Below are positions 19,874-29,199 of a stretch of DNA of 64,000 nt, piece by piece. How positions within the stretch are numbered: position 1 is the first letter of the stretch; each line of letters opens with the position of its first letter. The notes under the pieces are model-generated. The model was not told where the DNA came from, ran no database searches, and saw nothing but the letters and a program-made list of their open reading frames with translations. Source of the stretch: a virus (lineage: Duplodnaviria; Heunggongvirae; Uroviricota; Caudoviricetes). The stretch spans positions 39,743-103,742 of the IMG/VR virus record IMGVR_UViG_3300012943_000001; one strand, given 5' to 3'. Position numbers and translations under genes: made by a program.

Positions 19874-20095
19874 ATGAGCGATTTCATGGAAAGCTCCTCA
19901 TTGATGCGTCTCTTCAAAGAAGAGCGTGAGGAAATCTTGCGTCACAAGTGGGTACTCAGCGAACGTGCTGGACGCGACGTAGGTTACAATACAGCCCTTT
20001 ATTCTTGGCTGCGTAATCATAGGCAGAAATGGCTAGAAAGTCAAATCAAAAGACTTACCACTTCGCATTCGGACAATGTGCCGCCTGCAATTTGA
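19874..20095 (+). CDS. Small DUF4032-like protein
   Basis: EREEILRHKWVLSERAGRDVG..ALYSW..HR..W motif; GTGTAA 14 nt upstream. Confidence 0.7.
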   Translation: MSDFMESSSLMRLFKEEREEILRHKWVLSERAGRDVGYNTALYSWLRNHRQKWLESQIKRLTTSHSDNVPPAI

Positions 20096-20309
20096 CCTTA
20101 GTCTCCATATGACAGCCGCATAGGCTGCAACGGTTATCTTCGGTAAGGAACTCGCACTCCAGACATACTGAAATGCGAGCTTTTGCGGTCGCGTCATTAG
20201 AAAATAACGTACCTTCCTTCAGCCATAGCTTGAAGGCGTCCTTTGCGGTCTTGGCTAAGTTCTTAGCCATCTCTGTATTACTTGGTAGATTGTTCTCCTG
20301 CATTTTCAA
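20055..20309 (-). CDS. Small Cys-rich protein, DUF6171-like
   Basis: RISVCLECE..RCSLCGC.M..KVK....HCP..KW. Confidence 0.65.
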   Translation of the reverse strand: MKMQENNLPSNTEMAKNLAKTAKDAFKLWLKEGTLFSNDATAKARISVCLECEFLTEDNRCSLCGCHMETKVKLQAAHCPNAKW

Positions 20310-21018
20310 TTTCTTCGACGATGAACTGTAGAAGCTTGCTTCTTACAATGTCCGTCTTATCGAATTCAAAGTAGTGAATACCTTTCTCCGCACTTCTTTC
20401 CGTGCCAAAGATTTTACAGAACGCTGGGAAGCCGCTACGGTCTCCAATGTCAGCCTGCCTTGTGTCGCCAATGATAACGAGCTTAGAAAACTCACCAAAT
20501 CTCGTAATCAAAGTTACGAGTTCTTGAAAGGAGAAGTTCTGGGCTTCGTCCGCAAGGATAAACTTTGCATTGAAGCTGGCTCCACGAAGATAGTTGACGG
20601 GCATTGCTTTTACTCTCTCATCTTTGACAAGTGCATCAACTTGAGCCTTTGGAAGTAGCTCGTCAAGTTTGTCTAGAAGAGGCATCATGAAAGGTCCGAA
20701 TTTATCGTCGATTTCACCCGGAAGAGAGCCAAGACTTTTGCCCGCACTTTCAATAATGGTTCTGATATAGAGAATATCGGAGACGCTTCTTTTGTTTAGT
20801 AGGTGGAGGCCGCAATAGACCGACAAGAATGTTTTGGATGTACCGGCTGGGCCGTTTACAAAGACGATTTTGGTCTGTTTATCCATAAGGAGTTCAATGA
20901 ACTCTCTTTGTTTGTCGGTGAGGTCTTCTCGCTGGAAGATGGTTAATTCATCTTTGATTTTGTCTCTCTGTGGAACTTTAAGCGAGCTATCTTTTTGTTT
21001 TGGTTTCTTGCGACTCAT
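20278..21018 (-). CDS. phoH: PhoH-family ATPase (start reassigned to MSRKK)
   Basis: GPAGTSKT P-loop, LGSLPG, YLRGASFN, ADEAQN, LITRFGE.SK.VIIGD.RQAD. Confidence 0.93.
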   Translation of the reverse strand: MSRKKPKQKDSSLKVPQRDKIKDELTIFQREDLTDKQREFIELLMDKQTKIVFVNGPAGTSKTFLSVYCGLHLLNKRSVSDILYIRTIIESAGKSLGSLPGEIDDKFGPFMMPLLDKLDELLPKAQVDALVKDERVKAMPVNYLRGASFNAKFILADEAQNFSFQELVTLITRFGEFSKLVIIGDTRQADIGDRSGFPAFCKIFGTERSAEKGIHYFEFDKTDIVRSKLLQFIVEEIENAGEQSTK

Positions 21019-21101
21019 ATTTGATTTGATGTTGGTCACTGAAAAGAACGCGGAGGTTTTCGGCTCCACACCATTTTACACGTCTTCCAAAGAAATGCAA
21101 T

Positions 21102-21131
21102 AAAAAAGGAGAGGAATATTTTCCTCTCCTT
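21102..21131 (-). terminator. Intrinsic terminator (minus strand) after the fibre-like gene
   Basis: AAGGAGAGGAA-tatt-TTCCTCTCCTT perfect 11-bp stem with T-run on minus strand. Confidence 0.85.
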
Positions 21132-21137
21132 GATTGA

Positions 21138-23309
21138 TTAAGATTGAACTGATAGTCGAAGGTATCCGCTCATTCGAACCTGCTCACTTCCTTCGGTGTC
21201 GTAGTCAACAAGAACGTTAAGAGAGGATGAAGCACTTCCCGTCATAACAATCAGGGATGGATTTCCAACCACTGTATAACAGCCAGAGGTGTTTGGAGGA
21301 ATGGTGAGATAATATTGATTTTCATATTCATTTGCGACCAAACGTTCTCCGCTGCCCTGCAAATAGAATCGAATGTTTCTTTGATAAGCGGACGGTAGTA
21401 CGTTCAAATCAAGTTTATAGTTTGCGGTATAATAACCTGAATTACTAATCGTCGCCAATGTTACAATACTTCTACCAGTGATTGCGTTTGTAAAACTAAG
21501 ACTGTTAACACCACTTATGAACCTCGTTCCTCCTAAATTGGTCATCGTTGTGTATCCAAAGTAACTTGGAACAGAAGTTGACCTTGGCATTCTAGTGTCG
21601 TCTCCGACGCCCCATATCTTAGTGTAAGTTACGCCATCCCCACCACGCGTATAAATTTCAAAAGGATTTACTTTATTTGCGGACAAGACCGTCGCGTAAC
21701 CCGTGTAAGGCATTCCAGTTCCGCCGCCAAGTTTAGACGCATATTCGAATCCGAGGACAGGAGAACGATTGTTAATCGTAGAGGAAATCGGCTGTCTACC
21801 AATATTTTTCAACCAAATACCTGAAGGGCTTATTACGCTGATTACAGAGGAAGAGGTGTCGATATCATACTCAATCTCCCTTGTTGCTGGATTAAGAATC
21901 ATTGGACCTATGCCTGACACATCGCCGCCACCGCCAGCCGAAGATACGATGTATGGGCTCAATGCCGTACCATCTCCTTCTACGGTAATGTTAGAACCTC
22001 CAGTTATGTAGGTCGCACCAGCAATACCTGAATCGGATGTCCAATTTCCCAAGATTTGCTTATTTCTCCAATCAAGAGTAATAAGAGGAATGTCAAAATC
22101 TTCATCCGCATCATACACTGTCGAAATAAGAGTTCTGTCATCCCAATCAATAGATTGGTTGCCGGATATGTCGAAGGTTAGACGAGTTCCCCAATTAAGA
22201 GAAGTCTCAATAAAGCCGCCTTCATTTAGACCGAAAAGTCTTCTTTGGTTGATGTTGGCAAGAGTTTTACTGTTGTTGTCTTCAAAGTACATGCCTTCAT
22301 CACTCATGAAGAAGTATCCGAAAAGGGGTCTCTCTCCCGTCTCTTCGTCTAGTAATCCATAAGCTGCAAGACCTCCACCGACAAAACCCCAAACATTATA
22401 AAGTAATCTACCGCTCCAATCTAGAGATGTTTCACTTTGCCAGTCTGGAAATTCTTCGCTACCAAGATTTGCGAATGAAGAAAGCTTTCTATTTTGCCAA
22501 TCTACGGAAGGATAAGCTACGAAAGGTGCTTCCGCTCCATCCTCTGGCTCATTTGAATCACGTATCGCGTAAAGAATTCCTTCGAACCAGTTAGCTACTG
22601 CGTGATTAGATGCGGCTCCAGAAGAGTTCGTTCCCGTAGACATCAAGACTCCACCTTCCCAATTAAGAGACGCGAAGCCGTTTGCCTCACCAATAAGAAG
22701 CTGTCTACTTGCCCACGCAAGAGTTTCTACAGGAATGATATTTACAAAGTCTTCTACGTATGTTCCGTAGAGGGCTTTATTATCCCAATTGACAACAACG
22801 TCTCCGTTATAGGCGTGTAATTGTCTAAGACCCCAGTTAATACAAACTCCGTCTTCTGCATGTAGTTCTCTTGATTGCCAATTTGCAGTTACGTCGCCAG
22901 CACTATTATACAATTCTCTAAACTCCCAATCAACAGAGATGTTGCCGTTTTCATACAGAACGTTAAAATCCCAATCAATGGAAGGGGAGCCTCCTCTATC
23001 ATAAAGAGCCCTGCCTTGCCAGTCCAAGCATAATTCAGGAATTCCAGTAAGCGGAACTCCTTCATCTGTATATCCAGTGATTGAAGACGATAATGTTCCG
23101 CTATTGGTATTGAAATTAAAACCAAAAATTCCATCTAGAAATCTTTTGATTCCACTTATAGATTCGCTTCCAGTCTTGTGAACAAAATACGTTTCATCAA
23201 TGAGTGCCCCGCTGCCACCTCCGCCTTGATTAATTTCCTGCTGAAGTTTACCGCTCGCCGCAAGAAGTTCTGCGTCTGTGGCGAATTTAGAGTAGATTTT
23301 GGATACCAT
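21138..23309 (-). CDS. Putative tail fibre/adhesin with DW-x-x-R-x-L repeats
   Basis: VHKTGSESISGIKRF fibre motif; about 14 repeats such as LDWQGRALY, VDWEFRELY, IDWDDRTLI; beta-rich C-terminal domain. Confidence 0.65.
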   Translation of the reverse strand: MVSKIYSKFATDAELLAASGKLQQEINQGGGGSGALIDETYFVHKTGSESISGIKRFLDGIFGFNFNTNSGTLSSSITGYTDEGVPLTGIPELCLDWQGRALYDRGGSPSIDWDFNVLYENGNISVDWEFRELYNSAGDVTANWQSRELHAEDGVCINWGLRQLHAYNGDVVVNWDNKALYGTYVEDFVNIIPVETLAWASRQLLIGEANGFASLNWEGGVLMSTGTNSSGAASNHAVANWFEGILYAIRDSNEPEDGAEAPFVAYPSVDWQNRKLSSFANLGSEEFPDWQSETSLDWSGRLLYNVWGFVGGGLAAYGLLDEETGERPLFGYFFMSDEGMYFEDNNSKTLANINQRRLFGLNEGGFIETSLNWGTRLTFDISGNQSIDWDDRTLISTVYDADEDFDIPLITLDWRNKQILGNWTSDSGIAGATYITGGSNITVEGDGTALSPYIVSSAGGGGDVSGIGPMILNPATREIEYDIDTSSSVISVISPSGIWLKNIGRQPISSTINNRSPVLGFEYASKLGGGTGMPYTGYATVLSANKVNPFEIYTRGGDGVTYTKIWGVGDDTRMPRSTSVPSYFGYTTMTNLGGTRFISGVNSLSFTNAITGRSIVTLATISNSGYYTANYKLDLNVLPSAYQRNIRFYLQGSGERLVANEYENQYYLTIPPNTSGCYTVVGNPSLIVMTGSASSSLNVLVDYDTEGSEQVRMSGYLRLSVQS

Positions 23310-23311
23310 GA

Positions 23312-23854
23312 TTACTTAAATGATGCAGTGATGAAAAGGTCGCTGCCACCGTTGGCTTGAGTAACTGGCGTAAGGCTGTTACGAATGAAGATACCGGAAT
23401 TCATGGTAATACCCTTATCTCCAAAGTCGATAGAAAAATTATCTCTTCCATCAATAGCTACAACACTAATAAGATTTGCGGATGCGTCTACATTATCAAA
23501 GATGTGAAGATACTGTACGCCCGTGTAGTTGTTGTATCCATTTACACTAAACAGTGTACCCGCAGAACCTTTTGCGAGCAAGCTTCCCGCAAATGCAGGA
23601 GTAAAAGACTTAGATGTCGGAGCTTCGTAAGTAGCGATTTGAGCCAAAGACGCGTTACCGCTACCGATGGCCGCGATTACTGGACCGTTGTCGATACTGA
23701 TTTCTGCACCGCTAATGCTGATGCTACCGAAGTCTGTGTTAGAAAGTGGCCTCCAGCCACCCGCTCCACCGTAAAGTGTCGCGTCGTGAACGTACTGAAA
23801 CGCGAGAGCTGATTTACCGATATCAAATGCTGCTGTGAATGTTTTGTCTGCCAT
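23312..23854 (-). CDS. Putative virion structural protein
   Basis: Ala/Gly/Ser-rich; C-terminal GTLFSVNGYN..YLHIFD..IDFGDKGI....GI pattern common in small phage structural proteins. Confidence 0.45.
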   Translation of the reverse strand: MADKTFTAAFDIGKSALAFQYVHDATLYGGAGGWRPLSNTDFGSISISGAEISIDNGPVIAAIGSGNASLAQIATYEAPTSKSFTPAFAGSLLAKGSAGTLFSVNGYNNYTGVQYLHIFDNVDASANLISVVAIDGRDNFSIDFGDKGITMNSGIFIRNSLTPVTQANGGSDLFITASFK

Positions 23855-23889
23855 AATCTTTTGTTGCTAATGCTAATGCTAATCTAACC

Positions 23890-23914
23890 AAAAAGGGAAG
23901 CTATGAAGCTTCCC
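23890..23914 (-). terminator. Intrinsic terminator (minus strand)
   Basis: GGGAAGCT-atga-AGCTTCCC stem with T-run on minus strand; a GTGTAA motif lies immediately upstream of it. Confidence 0.8.
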
Positions 23915-23949
23915 CTTAAGTTACACCCAAAAGATTACTTATGGAAACG

Positions 23950-24351
23950 TTAATCTAACGTCACAGATATGCCATTTTTTTCGATAACTTTTTTCTTCTT
24001 GGCGTCGGGATGGTCCAGACCATTACGCTTTTTCTTGTAGTCCGCAAAGAATTTCTTCTTAACTGGGTCTACGCCGTCGTCAGTTTGTTTGGCTCTAGCT
24101 TCGGAAAGCTCCCTGCTTTGGTCCCACAAATCACCCAAAGACCCTTTCTTTTGAGCGGTTTTATTAACAAAATCGTTCATATTGTTTGGGTCAAGCTTAG
24201 TATCGGAAGCTGCGGAAGGCAAAGAGAATATGCGTTTCCACTCTACTCCGGCCTCATCAATGTGAACCTGTCCAATTTTTGGATAGTTGGCTACGCTATA
24301 ATAGAAGACGGTTTTTTCACCAGCCTCATTCTCGAATTCATACATTGGCAT
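23950..24351 (-). CDS. FmdB-like small protein lacking the zinc-ribbon cysteines
   Basis: MPMYEF start and W.RIFS.P pattern of FmdB-type phage proteins, but no CxxC. Confidence 0.45.
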   Translation of the reverse strand: MPMYEFENEAGEKTVFYYSVANYPKIGQVHIDEAGVEWKRIFSLPSAASDTKLDPNNMNDFVNKTAQKKGSLGDLWDQSRELSEARAKQTDDGVDPVKKKFFADYKKKRNGLDHPDAKKKKVIEKNGISVTLD

Positions 24352-24372
24352 ACTAATAATAAGCCAATACTA

Positions 24373-24630
24373 TTACAATTCAACTTCTAGGTTCCAACTT
24401 AGATGCCGTTCTAAATGACAGCAAGCCTCATGGAACATTTCCATCATATGGACTCTCGGGTTAGGACCGACAAGTCTCATGGTTGGTGCGGAGCCGGTTG
24501 CCGTGGACTTATCTTCATTCTTCATCCAAATAAACCCATTCCTGTCAAGTAAGAGCTTCCAACCTTCATCAGAAGCCTTCTTTGCCACAACCTCACAGAA
24601 TTTGACGGCAGGATGCACGTTATGCTCCAT
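24373..24630 (-). CDS. Hypothetical protein
   Basis: 85-aa ORF fitting the minus-strand gene series. Confidence 0.5.
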   Translation of the reverse strand: MEHNVHPAVKFCEVVAKKASDEGWKLLLDRNGFIWMKNEDKSTATGSAPTMRLVGPNPRVHMMEMFHEACCHLERHLSWNLEVEL

Positions 24631-25702
24631 GCTTTACCATTTCATGAAGAATGGCGTCTAGGGTCTTACCCCACGTGAACTTCGTTCTCAACTCTTCGCC
24701 CTTTGTGTTCTTCGTCTTTGCAAGCTTTTCGGCCTTCTCGAATGCAGCCGCAACCTCATCTTCGTCCCAAGTGTAGATTGAGCCCTGATTGAAAGGCTGG
24801 CCTTGAGCAAAGAAGATGTTGTCGTATACAGGAATTTGTCCGTTTGGACTTACAAGAATGCAGTTATCTTTTGTTGCCCAATCCTTGTGGGCGGTGGCGT
24901 TCAAGACAATACTCCACTTACCAAGACCAGTTGAATTAAAAGATGGAAGATTCCATCCCTCTGCACCAGACAAGCCAGTAAGGTCAATGTCAATACTGTT
25001 CATGAAGTCGTTTACTTGGACATTTGTCTCAAGATGACCGATGAAGTTTAGGTTGAAGTATCTCCTACCGTTCACGGCCTGCATAATGACTTGATTCATC
25101 TGCTCTGGCTTGTAGAATGGATTATTGACTACGCAGCTCAATTGGAAGCGAGGATTGTCGCCATATTTCTTGAGCCAAAGTTTGATAATCTTTTCCGTAT
25201 GTTTACGATGCTCCCACTTGCCCATAAGGCCGAAGTGGATTACGTCCATAGGTTTCTTTTGAAGCGGCTCGAACTCCTCGTCAAAACCGAGGGGAATGTA
25301 AGAGACTTTCTCTGTTACGTTATTAAAGATGGTCTTGGAATAAGTGGAGCTGAAAAATGTATGGTCCTGAAGATTGACCAAGTTGATTTCTTCCTGCGTT
25401 GGAGCGTTCGTTTCGTAGAACGTATACAAGAACTGACGACTAGTATTCCTTGTTTCAGACCCGTTGATATGCCAAAGACGTAGGGTAGGCGTATCTTTTT
25501 TGATGGTCTTGAGCCTGTTGCCGACGCTCTGTGTAAACCAGTCTCCAAACTCTTTAGAAAGCTTGTACGCTTTGAAGTCTAGGTTCTGGCCTACTGGAAA
25601 GAACGAAACGTCCATGTTTTTCTTCTGCATCTCGCGAAGAAGGTTTACAGAGACGTTACCCAAAGAAAGGGAATTAATAGGAGCGTTGAATACTAATTTC
25701 AT
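24620..25702 (-). CDS. Glycosyltransferase GT4 (GT-B) (start reassigned to MKLVF)
   Basis: NSLSLGNVS, FYET, YIPLGFD, GKWEHRK, SGAEGWNLP, LNATAHKDW. Confidence 0.8.
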   Translation of the reverse strand: MKLVFNAPINSLSLGNVSVNLLREMQKKNMDVSFFPVGQNLDFKAYKLSKEFGDWFTQSVGNRLKTIKKDTPTLRLWHINGSETRNTSRQFLYTFYETNAPTQEEINLVNLQDHTFFSSTYSKTIFNNVTEKVSYIPLGFDEEFEPLQKKPMDVIHFGLMGKWEHRKHTEKIIKLWLKKYGDNPRFQLSCVVNNPFYKPEQMNQVIMQAVNGRRYFNLNFIGHLETNVQVNDFMNSIDIDLTGLSGAEGWNLPSFNSTGLGKWSIVLNATAHKDWATKDNCILVSPNGQIPVYDNIFFAQGQPFNQGSIYTWDEDEVAAAFEKAEKLAKTKNTKGEELRTKFTWGKTLDAILHEMVKHGA

Positions 25703-25731
25703 AGAAGATTCTAAATGGTTGGATTGATTTT

Positions 25732-25956
25732 TCAATCGAAAAGATTGTCTGGGACTTCGGTGGCGGGTTTATTATCGGTAGGCATTAGAAGAACGAGGTC
25801 AGGGTCACTCTTACTCCTCTTCTGTTCATTGGTCTTAATGAACGCGAGGACTCGTAGCTTTATGCCGAGTTCAGGAATTTGAATGTAGCCCGTTAGCATA
25901 TCGGGCCGTCTCGTTTTCTTGAACTCTCCGATGTTTACTAGAGAGCCTTTTGACAT
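25732..25956 (-). CDS. Small hypothetical protein, DUF736-like
   Basis: LTGYIQI..LRVLAF....K....PDLVL pattern. Confidence 0.4.
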   Translation of the reverse strand: MSKGSLVNIGEFKKTRRPDMLTGYIQIPELGIKLRVLAFIKTNEQKRSKSDPDLVLLMPTDNKPATEVPDNLFD

Positions 25957-26615
25957 TAGACGTTATCTTTTAAGTCTCTAACTTTCCTACGAATTTCTTT
26001 CAGTGCCTTGTTATGAAGATTAATGCAGCCTTGAATAGTTAGATGCCTTCCTTTTGATTTTGCATGAGGGATTCGTTTGTAAATCTTACTCCAAGGTGTA
26101 GCCCTCTTACCTTTAGAGTCTAGGTATCTGAGTTTGAAAATTTCATAGACTCGTTCATCTGGAATCTGTTTAATGATGTCCACGATTCTCGTAGAGATAT
26201 TCTTGTCAATTTTCTCGTGAATCTCGCTCTCTTCGGAGAAGATATTCTCAAACTCTTTCGGCTCGAACGGAACTAAAGTCTTTGACTTGTTGATTTGTCC
26301 TAGGCAAAAATAGCGAACTTGGTTTCCGATATGAGTGCTGAACTTTGCACCCCTATCCTTATCGTAAGACAAAGCAGAGTTGTAGATAACCAAATCTTTG
26401 CTGTTAAACACCAGCTCTCTGTCAATGTTGAATCTGGACGAGGCAGCTCTAGACTCAGGGAAGTATTTATTTACGATTGAGAAATAAATTCCGCTATGTC
26501 TAGCGATAAGCTCCTTCAGGGAGGCGTCCGTATCAGTGTTGTTCTGAATACTTTCAATAAGGTCTATATCGCTAACCTCAGCATCTCCACCTCCGCCGTA
26601 TCCTGTTACGCTCAT
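25956..26615 (-). CDS. Phage RNA polymerase sigma-70-like factor (start reassigned, ATGA overlap with kinase stop)
   Basis: Region 2-like LIARHSGIYFSIVNKY..SALSYDKDRGAKFSTH; region 4-like EIFKLRY..TPWSKI..LTIQGCINLHNKALKEIR. Confidence 0.8.
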   Translation of the reverse strand: MSVTGYGGGGDAEVSDIDLIESIQNNTDTDASLKELIARHSGIYFSIVNKYFPESRAASSRFNIDRELVFNSKDLVIYNSALSYDKDRGAKFSTHIGNQVRYFCLGQINKSKTLVPFEPKEFENIFSEESEIHEKIDKNISTRIVDIIKQIPDERVYEIFKLRYLDSKGKRATPWSKIYKRIPHAKSKGRHLTIQGCINLHNKALKEIRRKVRDLKDNV

Positions 26616-27283
26616 AGGTTGTTTATAAATTGTTCGACGTACGGAGTCATGGACTCCAAGGAAGTGTCTGAAAGCGTGGGCCATTCAATAATAGTGTGTG
26701 CAAGCTTTCTTAGATTTGGGTCATTGCGGGCCTCGTCTTCGTTTGGTGGTTGGACGAAAACTTTTTCTTGGTACTCCGTATTGTATCCGCCCTCTTCTTT
26801 GGAATAGATGACGCGAGGTTCAGATAGTTTATATCTACGGACGTAGACAAGTTTTCCACCAAGATTATTTAGCCATGTAACTTCGTCGCAGTCATATTCT
26901 GCGTAACGCACGTCCGTGATAACTGGAATAATTCCCTGAGCCATCGCAGCCTTTACGAGAGGGGTCACAACCCCTGTCCAGTGCGTACCCTTAGACATTC
27001 TTCTGCGAACGCCGCCATGAGCTACGAGCATTGGACGAATGAGCTTCTTTTCTTCCGGGTCTTTTGTCCAAGCCGAAATTCCATACTGCTCTTTCATGAA
27101 CGGGTCGATTTCATTTTTCAGACTATCCGCGAACGCGTATCTCTGAGCAACAATCCCGTGCGAAGCCAAATATTCTACAAGTGCCGCAAAGAACGTGTCC
27201 TTGCCCGCCGTTGCCACTCCACCAATTCCGATTACGAATGGGGTCTTAAACTTTTCTTGAACAAATTCCCTTGATAAAGCCAT
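26612..27283 (-). CDS. Deoxynucleoside monophosphate kinase-like P-loop protein
   Basis: IGIGGVATAGKDT, FADSLK, RPML..HG..RR, VITDVRY..E; start set by leaderless promoter. Confidence 0.8.
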   Translation of the reverse strand: MALSREFVQEKFKTPFVIGIGGVATAGKDTFFAALVEYLASHGIVAQRYAFADSLKNEIDPFMKEQYGISAWTKDPEEKKLIRPMLVAHGGVRRRMSKGTHWTGVVTPLVKAAMAQGIIPVITDVRYAEYDCDEVTWLNNLGGKLVYVRRYKLSEPRVIYSKEEGGYNTEYQEKVFVQPPNEDEARNDPNLRKLAHTIIEWPTLSDTSLESMTPYVEQFINNL

Positions 27284-27313
27284 GTCGAATTTTAACATGT
27301 CTTTTCATCAAAG

Positions 27314-27727
27314 TCAATTAGTATTTTGTTGTTCAATCTCATTTTCAAGCATCAATATAAGCTTCTGAATGTCACGCTCTTTGATGTTTGATGGGTCGCA
27401 AATCTCTTTTGTGTTTTTGATTTTCTTGCAGTAATTGTTTACCGTCTCAGCGATAGCCACAGCCGTAGAATAGTTAATCGAAACATTCTGCTCGTACATC
27501 TTCAAATGTTTATTGAGAATCCAGATGTTATTGCCCGCAACGACAACTTTCGTAAGCATGTTAATGCCCTCTAACTCCTCAAGAATCTTTTCGATGAGGG
27601 CGTACTTGAGACTTTCGTCTTCGCAGGTAAAATCAATCAAGCCAAGGTGGGCTTGGGCATTGAAAACGGATTCTTGCAAAAAGAATAGTAGGACTGCGTT
27701 CCTGACTTCGACTAACGTTTCTTTCAT
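27314..27727 (-). CDS. Hypothetical protein (start reassigned, ATGA overlap)
   Basis: Helical 137-aa ORF coupled to upstream stop. Confidence 0.55.
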   Translation of the reverse strand: MKETLVEVRNAVLLFFLQESVFNAQAHLGLIDFTCEDESLKYALIEKILEELEGINMLTKVVVAGNNIWILNKHLKMYEQNVSINYSTAVAIAETVNNYCKKIKNTKEICDPSNIKERDIQKLILMLENEIEQQNTN

Positions 27728-28017
27728 GGGCGTAATGCTTTGAATAGGCGGGAGACTTCGATAGAAAGTTTGTGATATCCTAGGTCTTGAAGTATTGCAG
27801 CGGGACAAAAGAACTCATAGTTCTTGGTACGAACTTCTTGTGCAACGATTGCAAATCCGATGTTGAAATTTACACCAAGATGCATATACTGTTCCCTTGT
27901 GCCTATGAGAACTGCGTCCGTTGCGGACTCCGCGACGACCTCAGTCTCCCAATCCGCACTGTAGACTTTGAAAATGGATAGCATTGAAAATAATAGCCAT
28001 ATGTTCAAAGATTTCAA
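27724..28017 (-). CDS. Hypothetical protein
   Basis: First gene of the minus block; start uncertain. Confidence 0.45.
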   Translation of the reverse strand: MKSLNIWLLFSMLSIFKVYSADWETEVVAESATDAVLIGTREQYMHLGVNFNIGFAIVAQEVRTKNYEFFCPAAILQDLGYHKLSIEVSRLFKALRP

Positions 28018-28041
28018 TAACCAAATAATTGAAAATTATGC

Positions 28042-28257
28042 TTGACAGAATTGACAAGGCCCATATAATACATACTTGTATGTTGAATGTAATTTAACGT
28101 CCAAGACCATAGAAGACTATGTTCTTTAACTTTCTTTAGACTGTGAATATAATTAACTACTATAGAATACATTAAAGAACATTAACTTTCTATAGATTAC
28201 GTTAATTAAGGCCATGAATGGCCTTGACTTTTTTGAAAGTTTTGATAGAATGGGTCT
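28042..28257. promoter_or_regulatory. AT-rich divergence region with two sigma70-like promoters and inverted/direct repeats (possible origin)
   Basis: TTGACA-16-TATAAT from 28042; TTGACT(28224)-16-TAGAAT(28246); ATGTTCTTTAA/TTAAAGAACAT inverted pair; AAGGCCAT-ga-ATGGCCTT palindrome. Confidence 0.6.
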
Positions 28258-29199
28258 ATGTCCGTAAAGAAAATTAACCTTAGACTCGAAGGTGGTCTTG
28301 GAGACCATCTCTTAGCAATACGTTTTATCCCAGCCATCAAGGAGAAATATCCTGATGCAAAGATTAAGATTTACTCTGATACCGCAGGTAAAACGTTTCA
28401 ACGTGACGCACTTGTTTCCTCTTACGGTCATCTCTTTGATGAGATTGAAGTCATCCCCGCAAAGAAGCATAAAGAGTTTTGGGTAGACTGTCAATTTGGA
28501 GTCGATAACTTTTATGGGGCGTTAGAGAACGTTCCAGACGATATCCGCAAGGACATGACCGAGAACTGTGACAAGTTCTATGACTTGCATATCGACGGTT
28601 TGAAATGGATGAATTATGATTTCGACTGGTTACGTTACTTCTATTTCTTTCCAAGACCGAACGTACACATCTCAGAAAAGAAGGATAGATACGCAGTTTT
28701 ACACCTTCACTCTGCAACGTCTAAAGGACACAATCTTGAACAGTTCTATATTGACGGTCTAGTGCAAAAAATTTCTGAACATACCCGCGTAGTTATTATC
28801 TCTACGAGGGAAGACAATCATTTGTTTACGCATTTAGCTGGAGATAACGTCACGATATTTAACGGTTCTGTTGAAGACGTGTTTTCAATTATTGCCAATG
28901 CAGATGTTATGGTTTCTACAGATTCGGGTTTCCGTTACATCGCTTATGGCTGTAGCGTCCCAACAATAACGTTCTCCAAGAACGCTCAAGCCCCTCATTC
29001 AGTCCCGCGTTCCCATCAGGCTCGTTGGCTCATGTACCCAGAGCAATGTTTTCCGCTGAACTACAGCTTCACGTACATCGCAGGCATCGTAAAGAAAATT
29101 CTTGAGAACAAGGGGCAGGCATTGTTTCCGGGCGTGCAAGACTTCGACAGGGAAATGGTTTTCCGTAAGTACACAATTAACACGGAGAAAACAAAGTGA
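28258..29199 (+). CDS. Glycosyltransferase, GT9-like
   Basis: EGGLGDHLLA.RF.PAIKEKYP, IIANADVMVSTDSGFRYIA. Confidence 0.75.
   Translation: MSVKKINLRLEGGLGDHLLAIRFIPAIKEKYPDAKIKIYSDTAGKTFQRDALVSSYGHLFDEIEVIPAKKHKEFWVDCQFGVDNFYGALENVPDDIRKDMTENCDKFYDLHIDGLKWMNYDFDWLRYFYFFPRPNVHISEKKDRYAVLHLHSATSKGHNLEQFYIDGLVQKISEHTRVVIISTREDNHLFTHLAGDNVTIFNGSVEDVFSIIANADVMVSTDSGFRYIAYGCSVPTITFSKNAQAPHSVPRSHQARWLMYPEQCFPLNYSFTYIAGIVKKILENKGQALFPGVQDFDREMVFRKYTINTEKTK

Noticed and set aside
23863-23885. (GCTAAT)3 microsatellite
   Set aside because: Short, intergenic and within chance expectation; no evidence of phase variation.
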